Shown piece after piece: positions 8,568 to 17,419 of a stretch of 64,000 nt of DNA. Position numbers and translations under genes: made by a program. Within the stretch, counting starts at the first letter, position 1. Every line of letters begins with the position of its first letter. The DNA is taken from positions 318,305 to 382,304 of the forward strand of contig CAVYGQ010000001.1 in NCBI GenBank assembly GCA_963768175.1, read 5' to 3'. This DNA comes from Candidatus Doudnabacteria bacterium. Its GTDB lineage: Bacteria; Patescibacteriota; Doudnabacteria; UBA920. The notes below the pieces were generated by a model. That model saw only the letters and a program-made list of their open reading frames with translations. It did not search any database and had not been told where the DNA came from.

Positions 8568-9995
8568 ATGTCTATTCAAACTGCGGTAAAATCCATTCAA
8601 GATATAATGCGTAAAGATCAAGGCGTGGACGGCGACGCTCAGCGTCTTTCGCAATTGGTGTGGATGTTATTTTTAAAAATTATTGACGACCAGGAAACGC
8701 AGTTTGAACTTGAAAACCCCAAATATAAATCGCCAATCCCTAAAATTTTGCGCTGGCGCGGATGGGCAGCAGACGCAGAAGGCTCCACAGGAGAGGAATT
8801 GTTGGATTTTATAAATAACCATCTTTTTCCAGGACTGAAAAATCTCAAAGTCCAACCTAGTGACAAATTGGGTCAGTTAATTAAAGAGGTGTTTATTGAT
8901 TCAAATAATTACATGAAGTCTGGTACTTTGATTCGCCAGGTCGTAAATAAAATTAATGAGGTTGATTTTAACAAAAAGGACGACCGCCATCATTTTAACG
9001 AAATCTACGAACATCTTTTAAAAGAACTGCAAGGTGCCGGAAATTACGGGGAATTTTATACGCCGCGGCCTTTAACTCGCTTTGTTGTAGAAATGGTTAA
9101 TCCGCAATTAGGAGAAACCGTGCTTGATCCTGCTTGTGGTACCGGCGGATTTTTAGTTAATACTTTGGAATATGTTGGCCATAATCAGGTTAAAAACAGA
9201 AAAGATCAAAGGCTGCTTGAAAGCACTATTCATGGTATGGAGTTAAAGCAATTGCCTTTTACTTTAGCCATTACCAATTTAATTTTGCATGGCGTCCAAA
9301 TGCCCGACCAAATTATCCGCGGCGACGCGCTTTCCAAGCCGTTGCGCGAGTATGGCCCCAAAGACAGGGTAGATGTTATTGTGGCCAATCCTCCTTTTGG
9401 CGGTTCAGTTAAAGACGGTACGGAAGGTAATTTTCCGCTTGAATTTCGTACTAAAGAAACTGCGGATTTATTTTTAGTGCTGTTTATGCATTTACTTAAA
9501 CCCACCGGGCGGGCGGGGATTGTTCTGCCAGATGGCACGCTGTTTGGCGAAGGCGTAAAAACTAAAATTAAAGAAAAATTGCTAGAAGAGTTTAATTTGC
9601 ATACTATTGTGCGTTTACCGCAAGGTGTTTTTAGCCCGTATGCCGGAGTAAACACTAATCTTTTGTTTTTTGAAAAGGGAAACCCGACCAAAGAAATTTG
9701 GTATTATGAACTTCCTTTGCCAGAGGGTATGAAGCAATATACCAAAGGCCGGCCAATTAGAATAGAAGAATTTGACCCGGTAAAAAAATGGTGGAAAAAT
9801 CGTAAAACGAACGGAAATTCCTGGAAAGTTTCCATAAAAGAAATTAAGGATAGAAATTATAACCTGGACTTTAAAAACCCGGCGAAAAAAGAAGATTTAG
9901 CGCATAAAGATCCAAAAGAAATTTTGGGAAATATTTTAGACTTAGAAAACAAGATAATAGGGATTTTAGATACGGTAAAAAAGGAGATTAAGTAA
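8568..9995 (+). CDS. hsdM: Type I restriction-modification methyltransferase subunit (HsdM, N6-adenine)
   Basis: HsdM N-terminal domain, SAM motif LDPACGTGGFL, and catalytic IVANPPFG motif. Confidence 0.85.
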   Translation: MSIQTAVKSIQDIMRKDQGVDGDAQRLSQLVWMLFLKIIDDQETQFELENPKYKSPIPKILRWRGWAADAEGSTGEELLDFINNHLFPGLKNLKVQPSDKLGQLIKEVFIDSNNYMKSGTLIRQVVNKINEVDFNKKDDRHHFNEIYEHLLKELQGAGNYGEFYTPRPLTRFVVEMVNPQLGETVLDPACGTGGFLVNTLEYVGHNQVKNRKDQRLLESTIHGMELKQLPFTLAITNLILHGVQMPDQIIRGDALSKPLREYGPKDRVDVIVANPPFGGSVKDGTEGNFPLEFRTKETADLFLVLFMHLLKPTGRAGIVLPDGTLFGEGVKTKIKEKLLEEFNLHTIVRLPQGVFSPYAGVNTNLLFFEKGNPTKEIWYYELPLPEGMKQYTKGRPIRIEEFDPVKKWWKNRKTNGNSWKVSIKEIKDRNYNLDFKNPAKKEDLAHKDPKEILGNILDLENKIIGILDTVKKEIK

Positions 9996-9996
9996 A

Positions 9997-10239
9997 ATGA
10001 AAAAGAATTGGGATAAATACGACGGGAAGACAAAATATGACGAGGGTGGTCGTGTTTGGGATGGGGTTATTACTTTTGTTCTAAATTTTTTTGCTATTAT
10101 TTTTGTTTTTATTGGATGGATCTTAAAACTTATTTGGAAATTTGTTAAAGATGTTTTACATAGCATGTATGGAAAGGTAGTGGCACTTATTGCGAGTGGC
10201 GTTTTGATATATTTTTTATCTCATTTTTTTAGAAAATAA
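9997..10239 (+). CDS. Small two-TM membrane protein embedded in the R-M operon
   Basis: 80 aa with two hydrophobic helices, between hsdM and the Shedu-like gene. Function unknown. Confidence 0.35.
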   Translation: MKKNWDKYDGKTKYDEGGRVWDGVITFVLNFFAIIFVFIGWILKLIWKFVKDVLHSMYGKVVALIASGVLIYFLSHFFRK

Positions 10240-10254
10240 TTTGGGAATGTTTAT

Positions 10255-11439
10255 TTGATACAAATTATGAATTTTGATTGTAATAATTTCAGAATGATTA
10301 CTTATAACGGATTAAGCCTTTATTTCGATAAAGGTTGTCGTTTTCATGAATACTTTCACCATAGGTTAAAAACAAAAAAATTTCGTTATTACAGAAATGT
10401 TCTCCAATTTTTAGCGGAAAATGTAGAGGCAAGATTATATTTTACTTTGAATGAGGAAGTCAAAAATTTTCAAAAGGTTGAAGGAGGCTTTTTGGTAAAT
10501 ATGGGTTCATATCAAGAGTTTTGTCGTACTATCGGAAGCAAAACAGGTGGAAGGTTAAAAGCTTTTCTCGGACAAAATATTAATTTAAAAGACCTTGATA
10601 TCACTGATATTGAACGAGATAATTTTATTATTGTTCATGCAACTGAGAAAAATATTTTAGAAGCAATAAAAAATTTAAGTGCCGAGGTTCAAATAAATAT
10701 TTTAAACTTTCTAAAGAACTTACACCCTACGGACCAGGGTGGAATAATACCGCCCCAAGAAATAAGTGGCGCCAAACTGATCGAAGCATTGGGAAAGTTT
10801 TTAACAGATAAAAACGTACAGCAGGCTTTTTTTTCAAATTTAACGAAAGTCCAAATTGATATTCTAAAATCACATATTTTATTTTTGAAAAACAATCTAG
10901 ATAAAAATGAGACCTTCATTCAAGACTGGATAGACGAAGATGGTGGTAAATTTAGGAAGCAGCGATGTCTTATATTTGGCCTAGAATATGTGGACCCAAA
11001 GAGGGAAGGGCAAGTGGCGGGAAAATTTTTTGATATTCTAGCCGAACATGATTTAGAACATCATGTTATTTTTGAATTAAAGTCGCCTAAGGACGATACA
11101 TTTAAAGTGGTTGAAAATCAAACACAAGCTGGCGGTATTTCTACTGAATATTCCTTATCTCCACAACTAAGTAGGGCGATACCTGAGGTGCTGGGTTATA
11201 GAAAAATGTATGAAAACGCGCAAGGTGAAGAATTACAAAAATTTGGCGTAAACGTCAAGAAAAAGATTTCAAAATGTGTTATAGTGGTTGGCACACAAAA
11301 AGATGATCTGGTTTGGAAAGAAAATTTTGAGCGCCTTCAGAATAGTTTAAATGGAATCGAATTATTAACATATAACCATCTTATTGACAGACTGCAAAAT
11401 ACCGTAAAAAATTTGGAAGAAAACACTTCAACCCAATGA
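10255..11439 (+). CDS. Shedu-like (DUF4263-like) PD-(D/E)xK nuclease-fold protein embedded between hsdM and hsdS
   Basis: The C-terminal half reads ETFIQDWID...LIFGLEYVD...FDILAEHD...HVIFELKSP...QLSRAIPEVLGY. It has a D...ExK nuclease motif plus a downstream Gln, in an arrangement resembling the DUF4263 domain of Shedu SduA. Called from memory of the family, not from a database search. Confidence 0.4.
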   Translation: MIQIMNFDCNNFRMITYNGLSLYFDKGCRFHEYFHHRLKTKKFRYYRNVLQFLAENVEARLYFTLNEEVKNFQKVEGGFLVNMGSYQEFCRTIGSKTGGRLKAFLGQNINLKDLDITDIERDNFIIVHATEKNILEAIKNLSAEVQINILNFLKNLHPTDQGGIIPPQEISGAKLIEALGKFLTDKNVQQAFFSNLTKVQIDILKSHILFLKNNLDKNETFIQDWIDEDGGKFRKQRCLIFGLEYVDPKREGQVAGKFFDILAEHDLEHHVIFELKSPKDDTFKVVENQTQAGGISTEYSLSPQLSRAIPEVLGYRKMYENAQGEELQKFGVNVKKKISKCVIVVGTQKDDLVWKENFERLQNSLNGIELLTYNHLIDRLQNTVKNLEENTSTQ

Positions 11440-12599
11440 ACAATTGGCCAACAAAAAAATTAGGAGAAATTTGCTCAATAAAAAAAGGAAAAAAACCTGT
11501 ACTGCGAAAAATTGCGATTGCGGGTGATTTGCCATATTTAATTGCAAAATTTTTAAGAGGGACTAAGGAGCCAGAATACGCATCGGCAGACGATAAGGGT
11601 TCGGTAGTGGTACAAGAAAATGAAACAATCATAATTTGTGACGGTTCAAATTCCGGTGATATTTTTACGGGTTTTAAAGGAATATTATCTTCGACAATGG
11701 GTAAAATTAACCATGAAGATAACATTGACACCCAGTACCTTAAAATATTTTTGGTCTCAAATTTTGATTTGTTTAATGGAGCTAAAAAAGGTGCAGCAAT
11801 TCCGCATCTTGATATAAAAGCTTTATACAATCTTAGAATCCCGCTCCCGCCTATTGTAGAACAACAAAAAATTGTAAAAAAAATTGAGGAACTTTTTGGG
11901 GAAATAGATAAGGCGCAAAAATTGCGCGAAGAGGCGCAAAAAGACGCCGCCGCCCTTGTCCCCGCCGCTTTGCATCATATTTTTTCGCGGGGAAAGAAAA
12001 AGGGTTGGAGAGAAATATCATTAGGTGATAAAAAGTATATCAAGATGACAAGTGGGGGGACTCCATCAAGAGGAAATAGATCTTATTATGACGGAAGTAT
12101 TGCCTGGCTAAAGTCTGGCGAATTAAATGATAATCAGAATATTCTGGATTCTGAAGAGCATATTACAGAAGATGCTATAAAAAATTCTAGCGCCAAGGTT
12201 TTCCCGAAAAATACTGTACTATTTGCTATGTACGGTGCTACTGCAGGAAAAACAGGTATTTTGGTTAAAGAAGCAGCTACTAATCAAGCCGTAGCTGGTT
12301 TAATTTGTTCTGAAGAAAGTATTTACTATAGATATGTATTTCAGTGTCTGATGAATATCAGAAACGATGTCATAGCTCAAGCGTGGGGTGGAGCACAACC
12401 AAATTTAAGCCAGACAATCATAAAAAAATTCAAAATTCCACTTCCGTCTCTTCCCGAGCAAAAAAAGATCGTGGAATATTTGGATTCGCTTTCGGAAAAG
12501 ACGAGGAACTTACAGAAGTTGCAGGAGAAGACGGCAGGGGATTTTAAGGCTTTAAAACAATCCATTCTTCACAAAGCCTTCGCGGGAGAATTAATCTAA
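11436..12599 (+). CDS. hsdS: Type I restriction-modification specificity subunit (HsdS)
   Basis: Two target-recognition domains separated by conserved coiled-coil repeats (LPEQKKIVEYLD...). Overlaps the upstream gene by 4 nt. Confidence 0.8.
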   Translation: MNNWPTKKLGEICSIKKGKKPVLRKIAIAGDLPYLIAKFLRGTKEPEYASADDKGSVVVQENETIIICDGSNSGDIFTGFKGILSSTMGKINHEDNIDTQYLKIFLVSNFDLFNGAKKGAAIPHLDIKALYNLRIPLPPIVEQQKIVKKIEELFGEIDKAQKLREEAQKDAAALVPAALHHIFSRGKKKGWREISLGDKKYIKMTSGGTPSRGNRSYYDGSIAWLKSGELNDNQNILDSEEHITEDAIKNSSAKVFPKNTVLFAMYGATAGKTGILVKEAATNQAVAGLICSEESIYYRYVFQCLMNIRNDVIAQAWGGAQPNLSQTIIKKFKIPLPSLPEQKKIVEYLDSLSEKTRNLQKLQEKTAGDFKALKQSILHKAFAGELI

Positions 12600-12691
12600 A
12601 TTTGTAAGCCACAAAACTCATCCTTATAAACTCCAGTATTTAAGGATGATAATTCAAAAAATACTTTTATAAAAGTTAAATAAAATTCTTT

Positions 12692-13141
12692 ATGCCTGTG
12701 AGTTTAGACGAAAAATTTGTCAGAAGAAAAATAATTGACTATTTGGGTAGGCACGGATGGGGACGAAATTTGCGTGAAAAAGCCACCGATGAACACGGAG
12801 TTGATATTTCAGTTTGGCATAATAATTATCAACGCCGATTTTTAGTTGAAGCCAAAGGAAACAGCAAAAATAAAATCAAAGCCCCACGTTCACGAATGGA
12901 AGTAAATTTTAATATTGCTTTAGGGCAAATATTAACAAGAATGAAGACAGAAAAGGCCGATAAGCACTATAAGTACACGCGTAAATATGGCGTTGGTTTT
13001 CCAGATAGCTACCAAGATATTATATTTCGCAGGTTACCCTGGGCAGTATGCGATGTCCTAAATTTATATGTTTTTTTGGTTGACAGTACTGGGAAAGTAA
13101 AAGAATATTGCTGGAGGGATTTAAAAAAATTACAAACGTGA
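12692..13141 (+). CDS. Small PD-(D/E)xK-like hypothetical protein
   Basis: GVDISVW...RRFLVEAKG gives a D-x(n)-E-x-K arrangement in a 149-aa protein immediately after hsdS. Weak. Confidence 0.35.
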   Translation: MPVSLDEKFVRRKIIDYLGRHGWGRNLREKATDEHGVDISVWHNNYQRRFLVEAKGNSKNKIKAPRSRMEVNFNIALGQILTRMKTEKADKHYKYTRKYGVGFPDSYQDIIFRRLPWAVCDVLNLYVFLVDSTGKVKEYCWRDLKKLQT

Positions 13142-13301
13142 ACAGAAGTCGGATAACATTTTAAATTCACGGGTATCCAACCAATAGGCAGGGGACAAAA
13201 GCAGGGGAAGAGGGTTTAACTTTCCATCTAGTAACATCATCCTTAAAAACTGGAGTTTATAAGGATGACTTTTGCCCAAAGTTTGATATTAAACTATATT
13301 T

Positions 13302-13688
13302 ATGAAATTTCTTGGTTTTTTTAAACCAACATGGTTAAAAATTTTAATAACGGCCTGCTTTGGCTTAATTTTTTACGGACTTTTTCAATACGCTGTAGCC
13401 CACGCTATGGATTGCTTTTTGGCATCGTTTTGTCCCAGACCTTGGTATGAAAATTTAATGATGCCGTTAACATATGTTATTTTTGTCCCGGCAATCTGGG
13501 TTGGCTGGCTAGTTGGCGGCATTAGTGGCATAGATGAAGTGCGCCATCAGCAAGCTTACTATACTATGTGCTATATTGGCATTGCAGTTTTTTACTATTT
13601 ATATGCTTGCGTTTTGTACAAAGTTTTTACTTTTTTAAAGAAGCTCTCTGATAAACGGCACACCCGGCCACATAAAAACCTTTTTTAA
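13302..13688 (+). CDS. Hypothetical membrane protein
   Basis: Four hydrophobic helices. Preceded by a copy of the 105-bp repeat. Confidence 0.45.
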   Translation: MKFLGFFKPTWLKILITACFGLIFYGLFQYAVAHAMDCFLASFCPRPWYENLMMPLTYVIFVPAIWVGWLVGGISGIDEVRHQQAYYTMCYIGIAVFYYLYACVLYKVFTFLKKLSDKRHTRPHKNLF

Positions 13689-13816
13689 TCAGATTTGCAC
13701 GGGTATCCAACCAAAAAAGCAAGGGACAAAAGCAGGGGAAGAGGGTTTAACTTTCCCATCTGGTGACATCATCCTTAAAAACTGGAGTTTATAAGGATGT
13801 GGTGTATAATATAAAT

Positions 13817-14101
13817 ATGAAAAAATTAAAGACGGCAAAACAAATGGAGCGGCACCTTAAAGGGATGGCCAACCATTACCGCATCCAAATACTTCTTACT
13901 ATTGCGGGCAGCAAGGGAATAACCCTGGAAAACATTGTCAAAACCCTCCGCGCCAACGAAAAAACCATCGGCGAGCACACCCGGAGGCTGTACGTGGCCG
14001 GGTTGATAGACAAAAAATATCGCGGCAAATTTGTGGAGCATGCCCTTTCGCCATACGGAAAAATATTTGTCGATTTCCTAAAATCATTTCAATCCACATA
14101 A
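13817..14101 (+). CDS. Winged-helix (ArsR/SmtB-like) transcriptional regulator
   Basis: ORF trimmed to MKKLKTAK at 13817. HYRIQILLTIAGSKGITLENIV...LYVAGLIDKKYRGKF resembles ArsR-family HTH. Confidence 0.45.
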   Translation: MKKLKTAKQMERHLKGMANHYRIQILLTIAGSKGITLENIVKTLRANEKTIGEHTRRLYVAGLIDKKYRGKFVEHALSPYGKIFVDFLKSFQST

Positions 14102-14159
14102 CATCATCCTTACATACTTGAGAATATAAGGATGAGTATAACCTGATAAAATAAAGCAT

Positions 14160-14540
14160 ATGGCACAAAAGATAAATAAATTTATATATTGGACGCCAAG
14201 AATTCTGTCAATAATATTTATTCCCTTCTTGATGATATTTTCGCTGGATGTCTTCCAGCCGGGATTAAGCGCTTGGCAAATCGCAATTGGATTATTTATT
14301 CATAATATCCCGGCTTTAATCCTGCTGGCTGTTTTGGTGGTTTCTTGGAGGCACGAAATAGTTGGAGGGATTATTTTTATTCTCGCCGGCATCGCATATA
14401 TTGCATCTATGTTAGCGGCCGGCCGGCTTAAAGGGGGGATGTGGATATCTATTCCGATTATTGCCGGCCCTGCGTTCCTTATAGGAATTTTATTCATTGT
14501 TAATTGGCTAAAAAAGAGAAATAACCATACCGTTCTCTAA
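14160..14540 (+). CDS. Hypothetical membrane protein
   Basis: Four predicted TM helices. Confidence 0.45.
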   Translation: MAQKINKFIYWTPRILSIIFIPFLMIFSLDVFQPGLSAWQIAIGLFIHNIPALILLAVLVVSWRHEIVGGIIFILAGIAYIASMLAAGRLKGGMWISIPIIAGPAFLIGILFIVNWLKKRNNHTVL

Positions 14541-14599
14541 TTCGCTCCAGTTAAATAAAAAATTTAACGGGGTAAACGCGAATAGGAGAACAAAATTAC

Positions 14600-14959
14600 A
14601 TGAAAAAAATTGCGCGAAATAAACTAGGAAGACAAATGAAGCCGGGAAAGCCGAAATTTATGATAATTTATCGCTGCGGCAATTGCGGGCAGGAATTCGG
14701 CAGGACCGAACTGCATACGCCGGTTTGTTCATATTGCGGCTCAAAACAAGGATTCACGGTCATCAAAAAGCAGAAACTCACGCCCAAGGCCATTGCCGAG
14801 AGGCTAAAGGCAAGCACGGATAATATGATGAAGGCGCTAATCGGCGCTTACCAGGCCAGGCCAGAGGGAATTAACGAAAAAGAGCTGCTAAAGGTTATGC
14901 AAAAAGCCAAAGCTTTTGCCGGCAAAGTCCAAAGTCTAAAATTAAAAAAATCAAAATAA
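14600..14959 (+). CDS. Zinc-ribbon protein
   Basis: CGNCGQEF...CSYCGS double CxxC with a basic N-terminus. Preceded by a split copy of the ATTCGC..GCGAAT operator. Confidence 0.5.
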   Translation: MKKIARNKLGRQMKPGKPKFMIIYRCGNCGQEFGRTELHTPVCSYCGSKQGFTVIKKQKLTPKAIAERLKASTDNMMKALIGAYQARPEGINEKELLKVMQKAKAFAGKVQSLKLKKSK

Positions 14960-15005
14960 AATATCGTTCTCTAATTCGCGCGAATGGTAGAATAACTTAT
15001 TTTTT

Positions 15006-15458
15006 ATGAAAAAAGCTGAATTACAAAACGAAGTGGCGAGGATTCGGGCCTTAAGCCCGCAGGAATTCGTAAAAGACTATCAACTTTATGATGCCGAAAT
15101 TCCTGGGGAGAACCAACGAGCTGCCGAGCAAAGGAATAAAAAGTGGCAACTATACCTGGCCTCTGCCACAGACTTGCAGTTGTATTATTTAGCCAAATGT
15201 GAATTCAGAAAGCCCGAACATGGCGGAAAAAAGGACCGGCTGGAAGCCTTTCTGAGATTAAGACTGGGAAACCGCGAGGAGTTTGCCCGCGAGCTTGGAA
15301 TTAAGGCTTATAAAGACAGTGAAGCTTTAAAAGTTGATGTTCGGACATGGGCGGACCAAATCATCAAGGTGCAAAAAGAGGGAGAAGCCATAGCACAAAA
15401 CCCCGAAAAACGTTTGCGGGGACTTTATGAAAATCAAGATTTTGGCCACAGGGCATAA
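15006..15458 (+). CDS. Hypothetical protein
   Basis: 150-aa ORF preceded by the operator palindrome. Confidence 0.45.
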   Translation: MKKAELQNEVARIRALSPQEFVKDYQLYDAEIPGENQRAAEQRNKKWQLYLASATDLQLYYLAKCEFRKPEHGGKKDRLEAFLRLRLGNREEFARELGIKAYKDSEALKVDVRTWADQIIKVQKEGEAIAQNPEKRLRGLYENQDFGHRA

Positions 15459-15551
15459 CATCATCTTAACTTTAAGCTTTAGCATTACCCAAGCTAGTAA
15501 CTATTCGCGCGAATAGTTACCAACTTTAAATAGTAATATAATACATTTACG

Positions 15552-15812
15552 ATGAAAAATTTGGAAAAACAATATAAAGCTTTGGCAAACCGGCGCAGGC
15601 TGGCAATTTTAAAATATCTAAAATCGCACCAACAGGCTACGGTAGGGGATATTGCCAGGGAAATTAAGCTTAAGCTTAAGGCTACGTCCAAACACCTGCG
15701 CATACTCGCCGCCGCGGATTTTGTGGATTTTGAGCAAAAAAGCCTGAATGTATTTTACTTTTTACCGGCTAACAAGCCCGCGGTTTTAAAAAGCACTTTA
15801 CCATTTTTATAA
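15552..15812 (+). CDS. ArsR-family transcriptional regulator
   Basis: LANRRRLAILKYLKSHQQATVGDIAREI...TSKHLRIL is the canonical ArsR/SmtB HTH signature. A perfect 24-bp palindrome lies directly upstream. Confidence 0.65.
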   Translation: MKNLEKQYKALANRRRLAILKYLKSHQQATVGDIAREIKLKLKATSKHLRILAAADFVDFEQKSLNVFYFLPANKPAVLKSTLPFL

Positions 15813-15867
15813 AATAATTAAGTAACCATTCGCGCGAATGGTAGAATGATTTAATTCCTTAGAATTT

Positions 15868-16275
15868 ATGAAAAAAACATTATTTGCATTTGGCCTGGCC
15901 GGAACCTTGTTTTCCGGATACATGAGCGGCGTAAAATTTTTTAGCAAAATTTGCGCGTTTAACGAAACCTGCCCGTACTTTTTGGGCCATCCGGCCTGCT
16001 ATTACGGCTTTACCGTATTTTTAGTTATCGCGATACTTTCCGGTTTGCTGGTTTTTGGGAAAATCAGGGAAAAACAGGCGCTCAACGCCATATTGGCAGT
16101 TTCTTTGCTCGGGATTTTGTTTGCCGGACACTTTAGCGTTAGCGAACTGCCCCTGCTGCTTAAGAACGGTTTTTCGGCCTATGTGTTCGGCCTGCCGACT
16201 TGCATGCTCGGCTTGGTTTTTTACCTCGCCGTGTTTGCGTGTTCCTATTTGGCGCGCTTTGGCAAAAACGGATAA
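15868..16275 (+). CDS. Membrane protein with conserved Cys pairs (possible thiol-disulfide oxidoreductase, VKOR/DsbB-like)
   Basis: Four TM helices. C-x5-C in the first loop and an additional Cys near the TM boundaries. Family assignment is tentative. Confidence 0.35.
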   Translation: MKKTLFAFGLAGTLFSGYMSGVKFFSKICAFNETCPYFLGHPACYYGFTVFLVIAILSGLLVFGKIREKQALNAILAVSLLGILFAGHFSVSELPLLLKNGFSAYVFGLPTCMLGLVFYLAVFACSYLARFGKNG

Positions 16276-16309
16276 ATGTAAGAAGCCGCAATCAATTAAC
16301 TTTTTTGCT

Positions 16310-16738
16310 ATGTACCACCCATTCGAAGACAACAGGATAAAGGCGGAACGGGGACGGGATCCGGAACGGGACCTGGTAGAAAATTTATTTAACCAGCTGG
16401 CCGAAAAATACGGCAGGGGAGCGGTATTAAAATATATTGAAGACCATACCGAAGTAGCCCAGAATGTGGTTAAAAGATGGCTAAATAAAATGGAGCGTCC
16501 AAGCTCGGGCATTTGCAAGGCTATTTTGGCTTACTTGCAAAATTTCCAGCCCGGCGACCTCCCGGAGTTAAAAAAAATACTACGGCCGCCGTTAAAACCA
16601 AAACCAGCCGCCAAGTCGCCTGTTGCCGAAAAAAAACTTAGCCCCCAGGAGCAAAGAAGACAAGACACTATAAAAAGCAACGAGGAACAGTTAAACGCCC
16701 TGATGAAAAAGCTAAAGGACGAAGGCAAAATTTTATAA
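16310..16738 (+). CDS. Hypothetical protein
   Basis: ORF 16055.. overlaps the upstream gene, so it was trimmed to MYHPFED at 16310. Basic, Lys/Pro-rich C-terminus. Confidence 0.4.
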   Translation: MYHPFEDNRIKAERGRDPERDLVENLFNQLAEKYGRGAVLKYIEDHTEVAQNVVKRWLNKMERPSSGICKAILAYLQNFQPGDLPELKKILRPPLKPKPAAKSPVAEKKLSPQEQRRQDTIKSNEEQLNALMKKLKDEGKIL

Positions 16739-16844
16739 AAACCAAAAACCCTGGGCAAAACCCATCCTTATAAACTTGCCTACCCCGTAGTGAACCGTAG
16801 GTTCTGCTACGGGGAGAATGTAAGGATGATAAATTAGATTAGAT

Positions 16845-17240
16845 ATGAATACCTACAACTGCTATCAACAGCTCAAAAAACCCTCCTGGGCTCCGCCGAG
16901 CAGGCTATTTGGCCCGGTATGGTCAGGTTTGTACATTCTAATCGCTGTTTCTTTTGGCAAGGTATTTTTGCTGGCTTGGCAACATAATCTTGCCTTTATT
17001 GTGGCTTTGCCGTTTATATTAAATTTAATTTTTAATTTTGCTTTTACGCCCCTGCAGTTTGGGCTCAAAAATAATTTTTTGGCGGCCATAGACGTTCTGC
17101 TGGTTTTGGCCACCCTGATTTGGGCGATGGTTGCAATTTTCCCATACTTGGGCTGGACGGCCTACATCCAAATCCCATATCTGCTCTGGGTTTGCTTTGC
17201 CACAGTGCTACAACTCACCATTACTTATTTAAACTCCTAA
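16845..17240 (+). CDS. TspO/MBR-family (tryptophan-rich sensory protein-like) membrane protein
   Basis: LKKPSWAPPSRLFGPVWSGLYILIAV matches the conserved TspO N-terminal signature. Somewhat short at 131 aa. Confidence 0.55.
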   Translation: MNTYNCYQQLKKPSWAPPSRLFGPVWSGLYILIAVSFGKVFLLAWQHNLAFIVALPFILNLIFNFAFTPLQFGLKNNFLAAIDVLLVLATLIWAMVAIFPYLGWTAYIQIPYLLWVCFATVLQLTITYLNS

Positions 17241-17419
17241 CCCTTAAACAAACTGATAACCATTCGCGCGAATCCTCCTTCGCTAAAGCTTCGGAGGACG
17301 ATGTAAACGAACAGTCTAAAACCGGGCAAAAAGCCGGTTTTTTGATTGCTTTTAGTTTTAACGATTATTGACAAAAGCGCGAAAAAGCGTATGGTTAATG
17401 ATACGAAAAAGGAGGATAT

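Noticed and set aside
16055-16309. Long N-terminal extension of ORF 16055..16738
   Set aside because: The extension overlaps the preceding membrane-protein gene in another frame and is Cys/Arg-rich. The gene was trimmed to the Met at 16310.
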